Source of the DNA: the human T2T-CHM13v2.0 reference genome, Homo sapiens
Length of the DNA stretch: 64,000 nucleotides
Direction: 5' to 3' (one strand)
NCBI RefSeq assembly: GCF_009914755.1
Contig: NC_060930.1
The notes under the pieces are model-generated. The model made no database searches. It was not told where the DNA came from and was given only the letters and a program-made list of their open reading frames with translations. Each line of letters opens with the position of its first letter. The first letter of the stretch is position 1. The position numbers and the translations under genes are program-made. Positions 26,745 through 40,326 of the stretch are shown piece by piece.

Positions 26745-27879
26745 GGTAGGTTCAGACAAAGAGTCATTGGCTCCACATGGTGGCAGCTCCTATGCCTCCT
26801 GCCTGAGCTGAGGGTCTGTGGCTGCAGGCCCAGCTCAGGAAAGGAGCTGCTGGAAACTGGAATGATATGAAATAGACCCATCTACAGTTTTTCTGGTCAT
26901 CTGTTAAAAAAGAATTTAATGCTTACAAGATAACTATCATTGGTAGTAATAGTCTAGGCCCATGACATTCTTTAATATTTGGGAGTATCAGAACTTTAAA
27001 GATTAGACTTAGTTATAAATAGAATATTTATTTAGGAACTTAGAGACATCTGGGCATTTCATGTCATGAAAGTAACAAAACCCTCCCTCTTTGCACGGCT
27101 CCAGTACAAATCATGACTGCTGTTGGAGAGGCTCTGATACGCTGTGCGTGCAGATGGTGCCCGAGAGCCGGGGAACAGCAGCATCTCACCCGGGCTTTCT
27201 CCTTTCCATCTGGCAGGTGCCAGCTTCTAACCACCATCAGCTGCCATGTCCACTGCCATCTGTTTAGCTAATGGACAGGGAGCACCTACTGTGGGCCAAG
27301 CCCCCGACAGGCACCAGAGATTGGGTGGAGATAGACAAAACCAAGCACAGACAAATTCAATTAGTTGTTTTCTGGAGGAAAGAAACAAGAACCATGCATG
27401 AGAACATCTTGTTCTTGACATCTTCAACCAGACACTGAGGTCGGCTCTCGTCAGCAGCTGGGTCTCCTTGAGGTTCACTGGATGGGGAGGTTGTCTGCAT
27501 TTCACGTTTTAATTAATTTTTAAAAGTTACTTAGATGAATTATTTCATTGGCTACGTATCATCCTGTGCCAAAAAACAAACTGTGAAGCCCAGCAGCATA
27601 TATATTTTAAAATGCAGTTACAAAAAAGCATAAATATGAAAACAAAAACAAACAACTAACCATTATTGATTGTGTCATACTAAAACACTGTTTTAATTTT
27701 GTGGTATGTTTTGGGGACTTTTTCCAATTTATTCTCTGAAATAATGTTGTATTCAGAGCGTACACCAAGAATAGGAGCCCGTTTTTTATCCATTTAAGAT
27801 TCTCTCCCGTGTCTATCTATTGCTCATTTGCTGAACCTCTTGTCTCTTTGACTAACAGTATTTAAAGGTCTAATGAAAT

Positions 27880-30800
27880 ATTTCAAAGCAGTTATGAATA
27901 ATGAGGTAATAGATGAGTACAAGCCACTAGCAGAAGACATGAAATGTGGCAAATGCTGCAAAGCAAAGGCTTCACTTCCATCGCTGCCTTCTCCCATTCC
28001 TCAAGTTATCACTGACTGCATTGGTGTTTATTCTTCCCAAACATCTATTCGTATTTTACTACAAATGTATGGAGGCTTGTGCAATATTTGATATTGATCT
28101 ATTTTTTTAATGTGTATAAGGGGAATCTTACATTATACATTTTTCATGACTGGCTTCGTATGTTAAACATGTTCCTCATGAGATTAATTCAGGTTGAGGT
28201 GTGTAGACACTGTTTATTTATTACCACATCAATGAATGCATTACTATTCACACAGTCCAGTGTTTTCATAGACGTTTACTTGTTTCCAATATTTCATCCC
28301 ATTAGACCCTTGTGGAAGGACTTTTTCTACACTGGAAATCTAGGAGTGGAATAGCCGGGCCCCGGAGACACAGGAACACACTAGAAATCTAGGAGTGGAA
28401 TATTTGGGCCCCGGAGCCACAGGAATGCGCTGGAAATCTAGGAGTGGAATAGCCGGGCCCCGGAGCCACAGGAACGCACTGGAAATCTAGGAGTGGAATA
28501 GCTGGGCCCCGGAGCCACGGGAACGCACTGGAAATCTAGGAGTGGAATATTTGGGCCCCGGAGCCACGGGAACGCACTGGAAATCTAGGAGTGGAATAGC
28601 TGGGCCCCGGAGCCACAGGAACGCACTGGAAATCTAGGAGTGGAATATTTGGGCCCTGGAGCCACGGGAACGCACTGGAAATCTAGGAGTGGAATATTTG
28701 GGCCCCGGAGACGCAGGAACACACTGGAAATCTAGGAGTGGAATAGCCGGGCCCCGGAGACACAGTAACACACTAGAAATCTAGGAGTGGAATATTTGGG
28801 CCCCGGAGCCACAGGAATGTGCTGGAAATCTAGGAGTGGAATAGCCGGGCCCCGGAGCCACAGGAACACACTGGAAATCTAGGAGTGGAATAGCTGGGCC
28901 CCGGAGCCACAGGAACGCACTGGAAATCTAGGAGTGGAATATTTGGGCCCCGGAGCCACGGGAACGCACTGGAAATCTAGGAGTGGAATATTTGGGCCCC
29001 GGAGCCACGGGAACCCACTGGAAATCTAGGAGTGGAATAGCCAGGCCCTGGAGCCACGGGAATGCACTGGAAATCTAGGAGTGGAATAGCCGGGCCCTGG
29101 AGCCACAGGAACGCACTGGAAATCTAGGAGTGGAATATTTGGGCCCCGGAGCCACAGGAATGTGCTGGAAATCTAGGAGTGGAATAGCCGGGCCCCGGAG
29201 CCACGGGAACGCACTGGAAATCTAGGAGTGGAATATTTGGGCCCTGGAGCCACAGGAACGCACTGGAAATCTAGGAGTGGAATATTTGGGCCCCGGAGAC
29301 ACGGGAACACACTGGAAATCTAGGAGTGGAATATTTGGGCCCCGGAGCCACAGGAACGCACTGGAAATCTAGGAGTGGAATATTTGGGCCCTGGAGCCAC
29401 GGGAACGCACTGGATATCTAGGAGTGGAATATTTGGGCCCCGGAGACACAGGAACACACTGGAAATCTAGGAGTGGAATAGCCGGGCCCCGGAGCCACGG
29501 GAACGCACTGGAAATCTAGGAGTGGAATATTTGGGCCCCGGAGCCACGGGAACGCACTGGAAATCTAGGAGTGGAATATTTGGGCCCCGGAGCCACGGGA
29601 ACGCACTGGAAATCTAGGAGTGGAATATTTGGGCCCCGGAGCCACGGGAACGCACTGGAAATCTAGGAGTGGAATAGCCGGGCCCCGGAGCCACGGGAAC
29701 GCACTGGAAATCTAGGAGTGGAATAGCTGGGCCCCGGAGCCACGGGAACGCAATGGAAATCTAGGAGTGGAATAGCTGGGCCCCGGAGCCACGGGAACGC
29801 ACTGGAAATCTAGGAGTGGAATAGCTGGGCCCCGGAGCCACGGGAACGCACTGGAAATCTAGGAGTGGAATAGCTGGGCCCCGGAGCCACGGGAACGCAC
29901 TGGAAATCTAGGAGTGGAATAGCTGGGCCCCGGAGCCACGGGAATGCACTGGAAATCTAGGAGTGGAATATTTGGGCCCCGGAGCCATGGGAACACACTG
30001 GAAATCTAGGAGTGGAATAGCCGGGCCCTGGAGCCACGGGAATGCACTGGAAATCTAGGAGTGGAATAGCCGGGCCCCGGAGCCACAGGAACGCACTGGA
30101 AATCTAGGAGTGGAAAATTTGGGCCCCGGAGCCACGGGAACCCACTGGAAATCTAGGAGTGGAATAGCCAGGCCCTGGAGCCACGGGAATGCACTGGAAA
30201 TCTAGGAGTGGAATAGCCGGGCCCTGGAGCCACAGGAACGCACTGGAAATCTAGGAGTGGAATATTTGGGCCCCGGAGCCACAGGAATGTGCTGGAAATC
30301 TAGGAGTGGAATAGCCGGGCCCCGGAGCCACGGGAACGCACTGGAAATCTAGGAGTGGAATATTTGGGCCCTGGAGCCACAGGAACGCACTGGAAATCTA
30401 GGAGTGGAATATTTGGGCCCCGGAGACACGGGAACACACTGGAAATCTAGGAGTGGAATATTTGGGCCCCGGAGCCACAGGAACGCACTGGAAATCTAGG
30501 AGTGGAATATTTGGGCCCTGGAGCCACGGGAACGCACTGGAAATCTAGGAGTGGAATATTTGGGCCCTGGAGACACAGGAACACACTGGAAATCTAGGAG
30601 TGGAATAGCCGGGCCCCGGAGCCACGGGAACGCACTGGAAATCTAGGAGTGGAATATTTGGGCCCCGGAGCCACGGGAACGCACTGGAAATCTAGGAGTG
30701 GAATATTTGGGCCCCGGAGCCACGGGAACACACTGGAAATCTAGGAGTGGAATATTTGGGCCCCGGAGCCACGGGAACGCACTGGAAATCTAGGAGTGGA

Positions 30801-32175
30801 ATAGCCGGGCCCCGGAGCCACGGGAACGCACTGGAAATCTAGGAGTGGAATAGCTGGGCCCCGGAGCCACGGGAACGCACTGGAAATCTAGGAGTGGAAT
30901 AGCTGGGCCCCGGAGCCACGGGAACGCACTGGAAATCTAGGAGTGGAATAGCTGGGCCCCGGAGCCACGGGAACGCACTGGAAATCTAGGAGTGGAATAG
31001 CTGGGCCCCGGAGCCACGGGAACGCACTGGAAATCTAGGAGTGGAATAGCTGGGCCCCGGAGCCACGGGAACGCACTGGAAATCTAGGAGTGGAATAGCT
31101 GGGCCCCGGAGCCACGGGAACGCACTGGAAATCTAGGAGTGGAATAGCTGGGCCCCGGAGCCACGGGAACGCACTGGAAATCTAGGAGTGGAATAGCTGG
31201 GCCCCGGAGCCACGGGAACGCACTGGAAATCTAGGAGTGGAATAGCTGGGCCCCGGAGCCACGGGAACGCACTGGAAATCTAGGAGTGGAATATTTGGGC
31301 CCCGGAGCCATGGGAACACACTGGAAATCTAGGAGTGGAATAGCCGGGCCCCGGAGCCACGGGAATGCACTGGAAATCTAGGAGTGGAATAGCCGGGCCC
31401 CGGAGCCACAGGAACGCACTGGAAATCTAGGAGTGGAATATTTGGGCCCTGGAGCCACAGGAACGCACTGGAAATCTAGGAGTGGAATATTTGGGTCCCG
31501 GAGACACAGGAACACACTGGAAATCTAGGAGTGGAATAGCTGGGCCCCGGAGCCACGGGAACGCACTGGAAATCTAGGAGTGGAATATTTGGGCCCCGGA
31601 GCCACGGGAACGCACTGGAAATCTAGGAGTGGAATATTTGGGCCCTGGAGCCACGGGAACGCAGTGGAAATCTAGGAGTGGAATATTTGGGCCCTGGAGC
31701 TACGGGAATGCACTGGAAATCTAGGAGGGGAATATTTGGGCCCTGGAGCCACGGGAACACACTGGAAATCTAGGAGTGGAATAGCCGGGCCCTGGAGCCA
31801 TGGGAATGCACTGGAAATCTAGGAGTGGAATAGCCAGGCCCCGGAGCCACGGGAACGCACTGGAAATCTAGGAGTGGAATAGCCAGGCCCCGGAGCCACG
31901 GGAACGCACTTGAAATCTAGGAGTGGAATAGCTGGGCCCCGGAGCCACGGGAACCCACTGGAAATCTAGGAGTGGAATAGCTGGGCCCCGGAGCCACGGG
32001 AATGCACTTGAAATCTAGGAGTGGAATAGCCGGGCCCTGGAGCCACAGAAATGCACTTCTCCAACTTCAGACGCAGCCACGTTGTCTCCCAGTCGTTGCA
32101 GGAATCCCACTCCCATGAGTGTGGAACAGTTCCCTTAACCCTCTCCAGGTTTCTATTTTGTTCATAAACTTACTT
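27880..32175 (-). mobile_element. old L1M 3' fragment hosting the 49-bp VNTR
   Basis: left flank atagacgtttacttgtttccaatattt; the unit's ctaggagtggaatagctggg and the right flank atgcacttctccaactt...cccactccc continue the reverse L1 text (...aggagtggaattgctggg...cactccca...). Confidence 0.6.
28330..32057. repeat. 49-bp VNTR (CACTGGAAATCTAGGAGTGGAATAGCYGGGCCCCGGAGCCACGGGAACG), ~76 copies
   Basis: unit starts at 28330 and 28379; continuous array of ~3.7 kb with variant units. Confidence 0.99.
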
Positions 32176-32630
32176 ATTAGTCCAAATTCTCCAGAAAAAC
32201 AGAACCAATGGGAGGTAGAGAGATATAAGAGCAGATGGATTATGAACATTGGCTCCTGTAACTATAGAAGCTGAAGAGTCCCATGATCTGCTGTCTGCAA
32301 GCCGGAAAGATTCTGGTGTTGCTGAGTCTGAATCTGAGGCCTGAAGGCTGGTGAGCTGCTGGTGTTGACTGAGGAGTCCAAGACCAGAGAACCTAGAGCT
32401 CCAGTGTCCGAGGGCAGGAAAGGATGGATGTTCCAGCCCACGGAGAGAGAGGGAGGGAGGGAGGGAGAGAGAGAATGTGTATTTCTTTTCCCTGGTAAAG
32501 TTGAGTATCCTGTACTCAGTTTACTGATTCAAACATTAATTTCATCCAAAAGGATCCTCACAGAGACATCCATAATAACATCTGAGCATCCCTCAGCCTA
32601 GTCAAGTCAACACGTAAGATTAGCCATCAT
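32175..32630 (-). mobile_element. MLT2 (B/D-like) ERVL LTR
   Basis: tattagtccaaattctccagaaaaacagaaccaat ... cctagtcaagtcaacacgtaagattagccatca. Confidence 0.8.
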
Positions 32631-32639
32631 AATTATGTT

Positions 32640-33860
32640 GCTTTACAAGTACTGACATAACGAATTGTGATATCTTGTAGCATAATTTTCATCATCTTTT
32701 TTCTTCTTTCTTTTGTGCCTGTATTTTTGTGACTACTTTATGACCTTTGTTCTTTATTATAAGGCCTAGACAATCTTGCCATATTTTGTAAAAAAAATCC
32801 TGCTGAGATTATAATGTGAAGGGCATGAAATCTATAAATTATTTGCAGAGTTTTGAGATCTTCACAATATTGAATCTTTTTATCCATGAACATGGTAAAT
32901 ATTTCCATTTACTTATGTTTTTAATATGCCTCAAAAATTTGTAATTTTCTCTATTTGTATCTCATGAACATTTTGTTACTTTCTATTTTTGTGGGGTTTT
33001 TTTCTGTTACATGTAATGTTTCTAAGTCTTGAGTTATTCTTTTTGATGGTGCAAGGGAGTATAATGGAATTTTAACTGTGATTGATAACTATTTTAATTT
33101 TTCCTATTAACCTATTTAGAATAGTGCCTGCTCTATATTGAATACTACATAAATGTTTGTTAAAAAAGTAAGGAAAGCTGCTCGTTCTCTAAGTTAACTC
33201 TCGGGTAGCTCGGGAATGATTACAACATCCTCTCTTCCTATCCCGCACTTTGTGTTCCCCGCTCAGTGCTAACATGCACCTCCAGCATAACACTGAATAG
33301 AAGCTGGGGTCATGAGCTTCCTTGGTTTCATCTGAAGTCTTCTGGGGAATGTTGCTTCCGTGTCACTGTAAGTTCTGATATTTGACATGGTTACTTTAGT
33401 TAGCCACACCTTATTGGAATAAGAGTGTTCCTTTATATTTTTAGTTCGCTAATTTTTTTTAATCTCACCATGTAGGATTTTTTCTCCTTGATTTTGTTGC
33501 CATAGTAAATTTTGAAAAGCATTAATAGGTTTTCTAACGTTTTTGTCTTGTTGACTTAGAATGTACTCAACTACATCATGATGTAAATATTTTAGTATAT
33601 TTTTTCTGGATTTTCTTTCTTAACATTTTGTTTATTACTTTTGCATCTATATTCATCAATAAGATCGACATGTTTTATTTTTATGCTATATTTTGCTGGG
33701 CTAAGATTTTGATATCGTATTCAGTGATTTGGGGAGTGTTCCTCATTTCCTGGTCTCTGGAAGAATATGTGTGGTTATACAGTTATTTGCTCATTTAATG
33801 ATTACTAGAACACATCTCTAAAAAGACTTTGAGCCGGGGAGATATTTCTTTTCTGTGTAT
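32640..33860 (-). mobile_element. old L1M ORF2 fragments
   Basis: gcatgaaatctataaattatttg...atcttcacaatattgaatcttttatccatgaacatggt; ttttgcatctatattcatc. Confidence 0.65.
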
Positions 33861-33974
33861 ACACTTTTAACATTTATTTCCATTAATAGTCATAAAGAAT
33901 ATTTGGTGAGGACTGAAAGGTGCCGAGGATCTGTCTGAAAACTGAATGCAAAGGACAAAGCGACAGCAGACGGG

Positions 33975-34072
33975 GCAGGCGAGACGTGAGGCGAGGCAGG
34001 CGAGACGTGAGGCGAGGCAGGGGAGACGTGAGGCGAGGCAGGCGAGACGTGAGGCGAGCCGTGAGGCGAGCC
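33975..34072. repeat. 21-bp CpG-rich tandem repeat (GCAGGCGAGACGTGAGGCGAG), ~4.5 copies
   Basis: direct repetition; 7-aa periodicity in ORF 33867..34079. Confidence 0.92.
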
Positions 34073-34124
34073 GGCTCATAAACGCTCCTAACGGGGAAAA
34101 CAGACGAATGAGGAGTTGGTGATA

Positions 34125-34330
34125 ATATCAGCCAGTAACACCTGTTAAGGCTTCCTGGCTCCCAGGCACTTGAGAACTATACTTCTCCAAATTAGGTTGG
34201 TTCTGTTATCTTCCTTCTACAGATAGGGAAACTGAGGCATGGCGCATTTAACTAAGAGGTCTTGGATCCCACAGTCCTTAGTGGTGGAGCCGGGATTTAA
34301 AACCAGGCAACCTGACACCCCAGCGGGTGC
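34125..34330 (-). mobile_element. MIR SINE
   Basis: tacagatagggaaactgaggca...gtggtggagccgggatttaaaaccaggca. Confidence 0.8.
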
Positions 34331-35609
34331 TGTCAACTCTGTCTCACGTTTTTTACTGAGGGTGTCTGTGCCCAGCATGCTTCAGGAGGTCACTCCCTGG
34401 TGCTGAAGGAAGGCACAGGCCTTCGGGGATCAGTAAGTGACGGGCAGTATGTACATGTCATAGCACACGCCTGTGTATAGTCTTGTGAATTTCAAAGCAT
34501 CCAGGATGAAGTTAGGGAGCCAGAGGGAAGGAACAAAATTCCAACTGCTTTCAGAAAGAAAGGCGCTAACTCAAAAAGCAGCAAGCAGCAGTGATCAGGT
34601 TGGCATGAAATTGTATTGGTTGTTGCATCCTGGAGGCAGTGGGGTTAGATGTGTAAAGATCGGAGGAACGGTGACAGGTACCCCTGGCTTGCCAAACTCT
34701 TTCACTGTCTGAACTCAAGAACCAAACAGATTTGGATTTCTTGGTATTGCCCAATAGCAAACTGGCTATCAGGTTCCAATTACACTCACATTCTTCATCC
34801 ACAGACACCAGAAACTCTTGTGTCCAAAAAATTAAATTTATTTAACTTTCTGAGACAAGGAAGAGTGGAATTAAAATGAACCAGGAAACCCTTTCAATAA
34901 GGGGGAGTTAAGAGGGGCTTCTGATAGGATAGGGGCCTGTGCTAGGTGATCCCAAGGAGAGATTAAGGAGAGGGGAGCCAATGCTTGATGGGTGAAGATA
35001 TCTTCATGCATTTCGTCCTGAGAGGGGAGATTCAAGAGGGGCGCGCGTGGCCACGGATGAAGTGTCAGGCGTCCCTGTTAGTCCAAGGGGGCTGCAGGGT
35101 GGTGTCTGATGTGTGGTGGGTTTGCCTCCCTCCTGCTCCAGGCCCTGCCGCGGTGTGGTCTCAGCTCAGCATCGCTGCTGCCCTCTGAGCCTGGCTGGTC
35201 CTCAATTAGGAACAGCAAGATCTGGCTGTCGGCAGAGCATTTCCTCTTTCTGAAAATCCAGGGTTTTCACAGACTCAGACACCACAGTTTCTGCCTCAAA
35301 TTCAGGCAAATTGGTTTGGCAGAAAAAACATATAAAATGTAAATTTGCATTCTTTCTTTATAGTATTTTCTCTTTGTTTCAGATAGGAATAGAAGCCCTT
35401 TGTGATTTATTGATTTAGAGGGTTTTTTTTGTTTTCTGTTTGTTTTCAAGACAGAAAATAACTTGTGGTTTCAGCCTAAGACTAGGCCTGGTAAAGAGTT
35501 TATGCTCATGACTTAGAGGCAGAGGGAAGGGAAGAAGATGGTGCCAAGGAAGGAGAAAGGAAGAGGAAATCTTCCTGTAGATGAAAATGAAGAGAGGTCG
35601 GTGATCCTG

Positions 35610-35745
35610 TGAGTGGGCGACTGGAAATTTCTTGAGGGCAGGGATTATGTCTAATTCATTTTGCCCCCAAATAGCTAAAGAAATAACCAAACAGAGTAAG
35701 TGTCCAATGAATATGTATTAATGCAAACATTTATGAAATGAAGAA
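35610..35745 (+). mobile_element. L2 3' tail
   Basis: cttgagggcagggattatgtctaattcatt...agtaagtgtccaatgaatatg. Confidence 0.65.
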
Positions 35746-36787
35746 GGAAAGAAACAGGATATAGATGAACCCAGATTCATTAAAAAGTGTGTGATCCTGT
35801 AATGAGGCAGGTCCTGATAAAAACTGAATAACAAAGGAAAAAGTATTCCAACACCAAAGTAAAATCTGCAGTTAGAAGCTAGGAAGAGAAACAGGGCCAA
35901 TGCTTAGCTGCCTTCTTGGGCTTATCTTCTTTAGTGTAGATGGTTTGGAGGTCTTGGACAGGTTCCTGGGAACCACAGTAATCTTGCACCAGCTCTCACA
36001 CGTGCGATTTGCGAGGGGGTCTGTGCCTGCACTGCTTTTTAATTTCAAGCTCATATTTTTCAAAAGTATCTACTATTATTTATCTGGCTCTGTGTCTCTC
36101 CACTTTTTTCAGAGCCTTTGCAGTGTTTATGTCTTAACATGTTTGAACAGTTTTTATCCATGTATTTGACACAGTGGCTGATGCACCCTTCGTTTGATGC
36201 AGCAAACGTCACAGTGTTCCAGACGTTTAAAAAGACGTAAGGAATTTCAATCAGGGCATTGCTTTAATAGAAATCATACATGTAGTGATGTTGAGGGATC
36301 AGAAGTTTGGGAAGAACGTGATTTCTCTCCGGAAAAGTCATCTCCGGAGTCCTAAGACCTGCAGTATAGCGTGGAGATAGGGTCCAGGCTCTCAGTGTCA
36401 TTTTCGTTTCTCACCCCCTCAGCCCTTAGAGAGCTGAGCCTGAGCAAGTGGGGAGGGGCTCTTTGGAAGGATTGGGAAACTTCAGTTTAAATAATCCTGT
36501 AATTAAATCATGACTCACTGCATGCCTACTGCATGCCTGGCAGTACAGATGCATTCCACATCCAGTATCCGAGACACCCTCTCTGTGGGCACCTCACTCA
36601 TTCCCCAGCAGTGGGGCCGGCCACCTGAGCAGCTGGCCTCCGGCAGGGCCAGGACTGAAGAGATGTCTGAAGTTAAATGCTGGAAGGTCCAATTTGCTCA
36701 AATCATTGAAAGAACTTAACACGGATGTCTACCAGATTGCAACAATGTTGGTTACTACAGTACAGTGACTTATTTAAGATAAAGTGG

Positions 36788-37099
<312 letters not shown>

Positions 37100-37141
37100 T
37101 CAACATCTTGATAATAAGGCCGAACACTTCTTTACAAGTTT

Positions 37142-37149
37142 ATTTATTC

Positions 37150-37182
<33 letters not shown>

Positions 37183-37332
37183 AAGATGACAGAGCCTGGC
37201 TTTGTCGCCCGGGCTAGAATGCAGTGGCGCAATCACAGCTCACTGTAGCCTCAACCTCCTGGACTCAAGCTATCCACCTGACTCCGCCTCCCAAAGTGCT
37301 GGGATTACAGGCGTGACCCACTGCGCCCGGCC
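37142..37332 (-). mobile_element. Alu monomer (FRAM/FAM-like, or an arm-recombined Alu) with long T tract
   Basis: single ~155-bp arm: right-arm 3' part joined directly to cccaaagtgctgggattacaggcgtg...gcgcccggcc. Confidence 0.85.
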
Positions 37333-37389
37333 CACTTACTCTGAAAATATTTTTTTGCTTACATTAATTTCCTCTTTAAAAACTCAGGT

Positions 37390-37475
37390 TAGCAAGGAAA
37401 TTAAGGATTCTGCATTTTTACAAGTGCTCCAGGTAATTCTGATTCTCAGTTCCGAATTAAGATCTTCTGGATTGC
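37390..37475. mobile_element. MER5-like hAT fragment
   Basis: ttctgcatttttacaagtgctccaggtaattctgat. Confidence 0.55.
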
Positions 37476-37529
37476 AGTAAAAGGAAACATCTGTTCAGAA
37501 CATAAGAAATGCTTCTCTAAGGTAGACTT

Positions 37530-37660
37530 TGTTACTTCCTTTTTGCACACAGGAAAATTGAAGCTCAGTAATAAACTAAGTTGTCTGATGCACAGTTAGT
37601 CAGTGGCAGGGCTGTGCTTTACACCAGGTCTGTCTGACTCAGGAGCTGATATTATTCCCA
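37530..37660 (-). mobile_element. MIR fragment
   Basis: ggaaaattgaagctcag...cacagttagtcagtggcagggc...ccaggtctgtctgactc. Confidence 0.7.
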
Positions 37661-39398
37661 ACATACACTAAATATTTTCTAAAAGAAAGCCCGTAACTTA
37701 AGATCCTTTGCATCCACTAAACAGAATATAAAGCCAAGCTTTATATTTTAAAAAGTCTGGATTTTAAAATAGATTATTTTATAAGCCAACTGGTTAAAAA
37801 GTTCTGATGTAACTGCATGAAAATTCTAACATATCTTGTCATCTTATGATTCGATAATATCTGGTTTGTTGGAGGAAAAGAGAAAATCCATAATTGGCTG
37901 TTGAGAAACTCGAGATGGGACTTGTACTCATGAAAGCTGAGGATCAGGAGGGCTTATGCCCACAGCCGCTGGGCCCCAGGATGCTGGACACGTTCACCCA
38001 TGACGCGGGATGGGTTCACTTCTTTGTTAATAAATCCATCACACGAAAACAGCTGTCTCACCTCCGCTGTAAGAGAGGGTCAGCAAAGGCGCAGCTGTGG
38101 GAGAGTGTCACAAACTAGTGTTCAGATGCCAGGGGCCCAAGACACAGAGCCACATTTCACTCGGGTGTGATTTGCCCAGCGAAGAGTTAAACGTATGTTC
38201 CCTACTGAGAAACAGGAGGCTATTTCTCACTTGGTAAATGTCAACATGACCTGAGTGGACAGCATTATTCTCTCTCTCCTGTCCAGAGCTTGCAGAGAGT
38301 TTGACCGTCCTCCAGAAGAGTTAAGTGACCTGGCATTAAAATGACCTTTTATAGGTTCAAGGCAAAATCAATCAATCCTGAGAAGCCATTCTAACCTCTC
38401 ATCCTGCTGGTAGTTTTCCTTTCATTCTGAATTCCCATGTAACTGACAGAGTTACAGCAAAGGAGGTGGAGACCCAGCCATCAGTGGGAGCCGTTCACTG
38501 CCGAGTGCCAGGGTCTTTGGCCAGCAGCTCTTCCTTGCCTGGTGCCCAGCTGCAGCTGGCAACATCTGTGACTGACCCTAGGGATCCTTGCCTGGTGCCT
38601 GGTACAGCTGGCAGCCTCTGCGAGTGACCCTGAGGATGAAGCACCCAGCGGTGGTGAAGGAAGGTCTGTTAATGAGCAGAATGTGGAGAGACCAGCAGGA
38701 AGAGAAGCAGAGGTGGCAACAACGCTTTCCACACTTTCTTGCCTCGTGGTCTCATTTTTCTCTCTGCCCTTTATCCCAGGAGAGTGTTCTCCACTATTTA
38801 CAACTAAACTCGGGGCTCCTGTCCTTGTTTAGCTTTAACCAAAAGTCTTGGTGGATTCAGACTTTCACCCATTTCATTCAGGAGAAGCCCAAGATTTCAT
38901 TAAAACTGGGGTTTTACAAACTTCCAGTGACAAAGCCTAAATCGTCATCAGTGCTGATGGGTTGGATCCTCTCATGGGGCGTCTGATCCATGTTTACCAG
39001 GTGCCTGCTATGTCCTCTCCACCAGGCGTGCAGCTCTGCAAAGAAGAAAAACCCGGCTCGTGCTGTCAGGGAGTGTGGGAAAGCCATGGAAAAGTTCTCC
39101 TGAAAAGTAAACGCACGCAGCATTCGGAGACGACTATTAATAAATAAAACGCGTGAACTGCTTTTCATGTGTGAGGTGACTGTTGTCACTCATGTTGGTC
39201 CTCTGCAGTGCAGTCCTAGCCTGTTTTGACCCCATTCCTATAAACACCGCAGGAAGGCACTACTTAGCTTGGTATTTGTGCCACTTAAACATGTTCCCGT
39301 TAAGCACATATTTGTGGTAATTGGGCATAATCCACTTAGTCTTGGTTTCTCATGAAAAATGTGTGGAAGGATTCTGTGCCCCAAGCCTTGATGGGTCA

Positions 39399-39590
39399 TG
39401 CACAGTGGAATCGGAACTGTATCCAATGCACCCACACGCACAGTGGAATCGGAACTGTATCCAATGCACCCACGTGCACAGTGGAATCGGAACTGTATCC
39501 AATGCACCCACGTGCACAGTGGAATCGGAACTGTATCCAATGCATCCAGAGGCACAGTGGAATCAGAACTGTATCCAATGCACGCACCCT
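39399..39590. repeat. 38-bp minisatellite (GCACAGTGGAATCGGAACTGTATCCAATGCACCCACGT), 5 copies, plus a degenerate doublet to ~39690
   Basis: cacagtggaa at 39401 and 39439, etc. Confidence 0.96.
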
Positions 39591-40303
39591 GCTTAATACC
39601 CACCTATGACATGTCCATCTCAATGGTGTCCAATGCACCCACCCTGTTTAATACCCACCTATGCTGTGCCCATCTCAATGACACATACCCGTGTCAGAAA
39701 GTAGCTGTAAAAGCATGTGTCTGGTATTTACGGTTTGGGCTGCTTTGCCTGCTATTTCTCTTACCAGAAATGACAGAACATCCTTGGCGATGGCTCCTGC
39801 ACACTTTCCAAGTGTGGTGTTGAAGGAGCAGCTTTTTAATCAGTTTCATGATGGGGAACCTTTTCTTCTCTGCAGTTTTCCCTGAAGAAGGTGGCTCTGT
39901 GCTGTTCTGGTTTTCTCTGTCTCGGTCTCTATCCCTTTTTGAGTTGCCTTTGCAGGTTTGTTATATATTTGTGGTTATAGAAATGCAACTTAAACCCCAC
40001 TGGATGAGAAGACACACTTTGTATTTGGAGTTGAAGCTCTGGGCAGATCCTACTGGGCATAACAGGGATGCCCTGACACTTCCTGTGGCTGCCATTGGTG
40101 ACACGTCCTGCCCTCCACTGGATAACATCATGCTGGGGTCATGGTTCTCATCCATGGTCAAGAGACCGTGTGCCTTACACACTGCTCCTCTGAGAGCCAC
40201 TGAAGAGGGTGGAGGAAGGGACAGCAAGGAGAGAGGGAAGCAAAGTACTGGATCTGTTTTTATACATTGGGCTTCCATTTGTGTTTGAAGTAAGGATTCT
40301 ATA

Positions 40304-40326
40304 ACACACACACACACATACACACA
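40304..40326. repeat. (CA)n microsatellite
   Basis: acacacacacacacatacacaca. Confidence 0.85.

Noticed and set aside
28330-32057. CRISPR-like array
   Set aside because: Units are head-to-tail with no unique spacers, there are no cas genes, and the context is primate. The CTAG in a 49-bp period places stops in all six frames, which explains the ORF gap.
39399-39590. ER-stress element in the 38-mer (CCAAT...CCACG)
   Set aside because: Spacing is 4 nt, not the 9 nt required for an ERSE.
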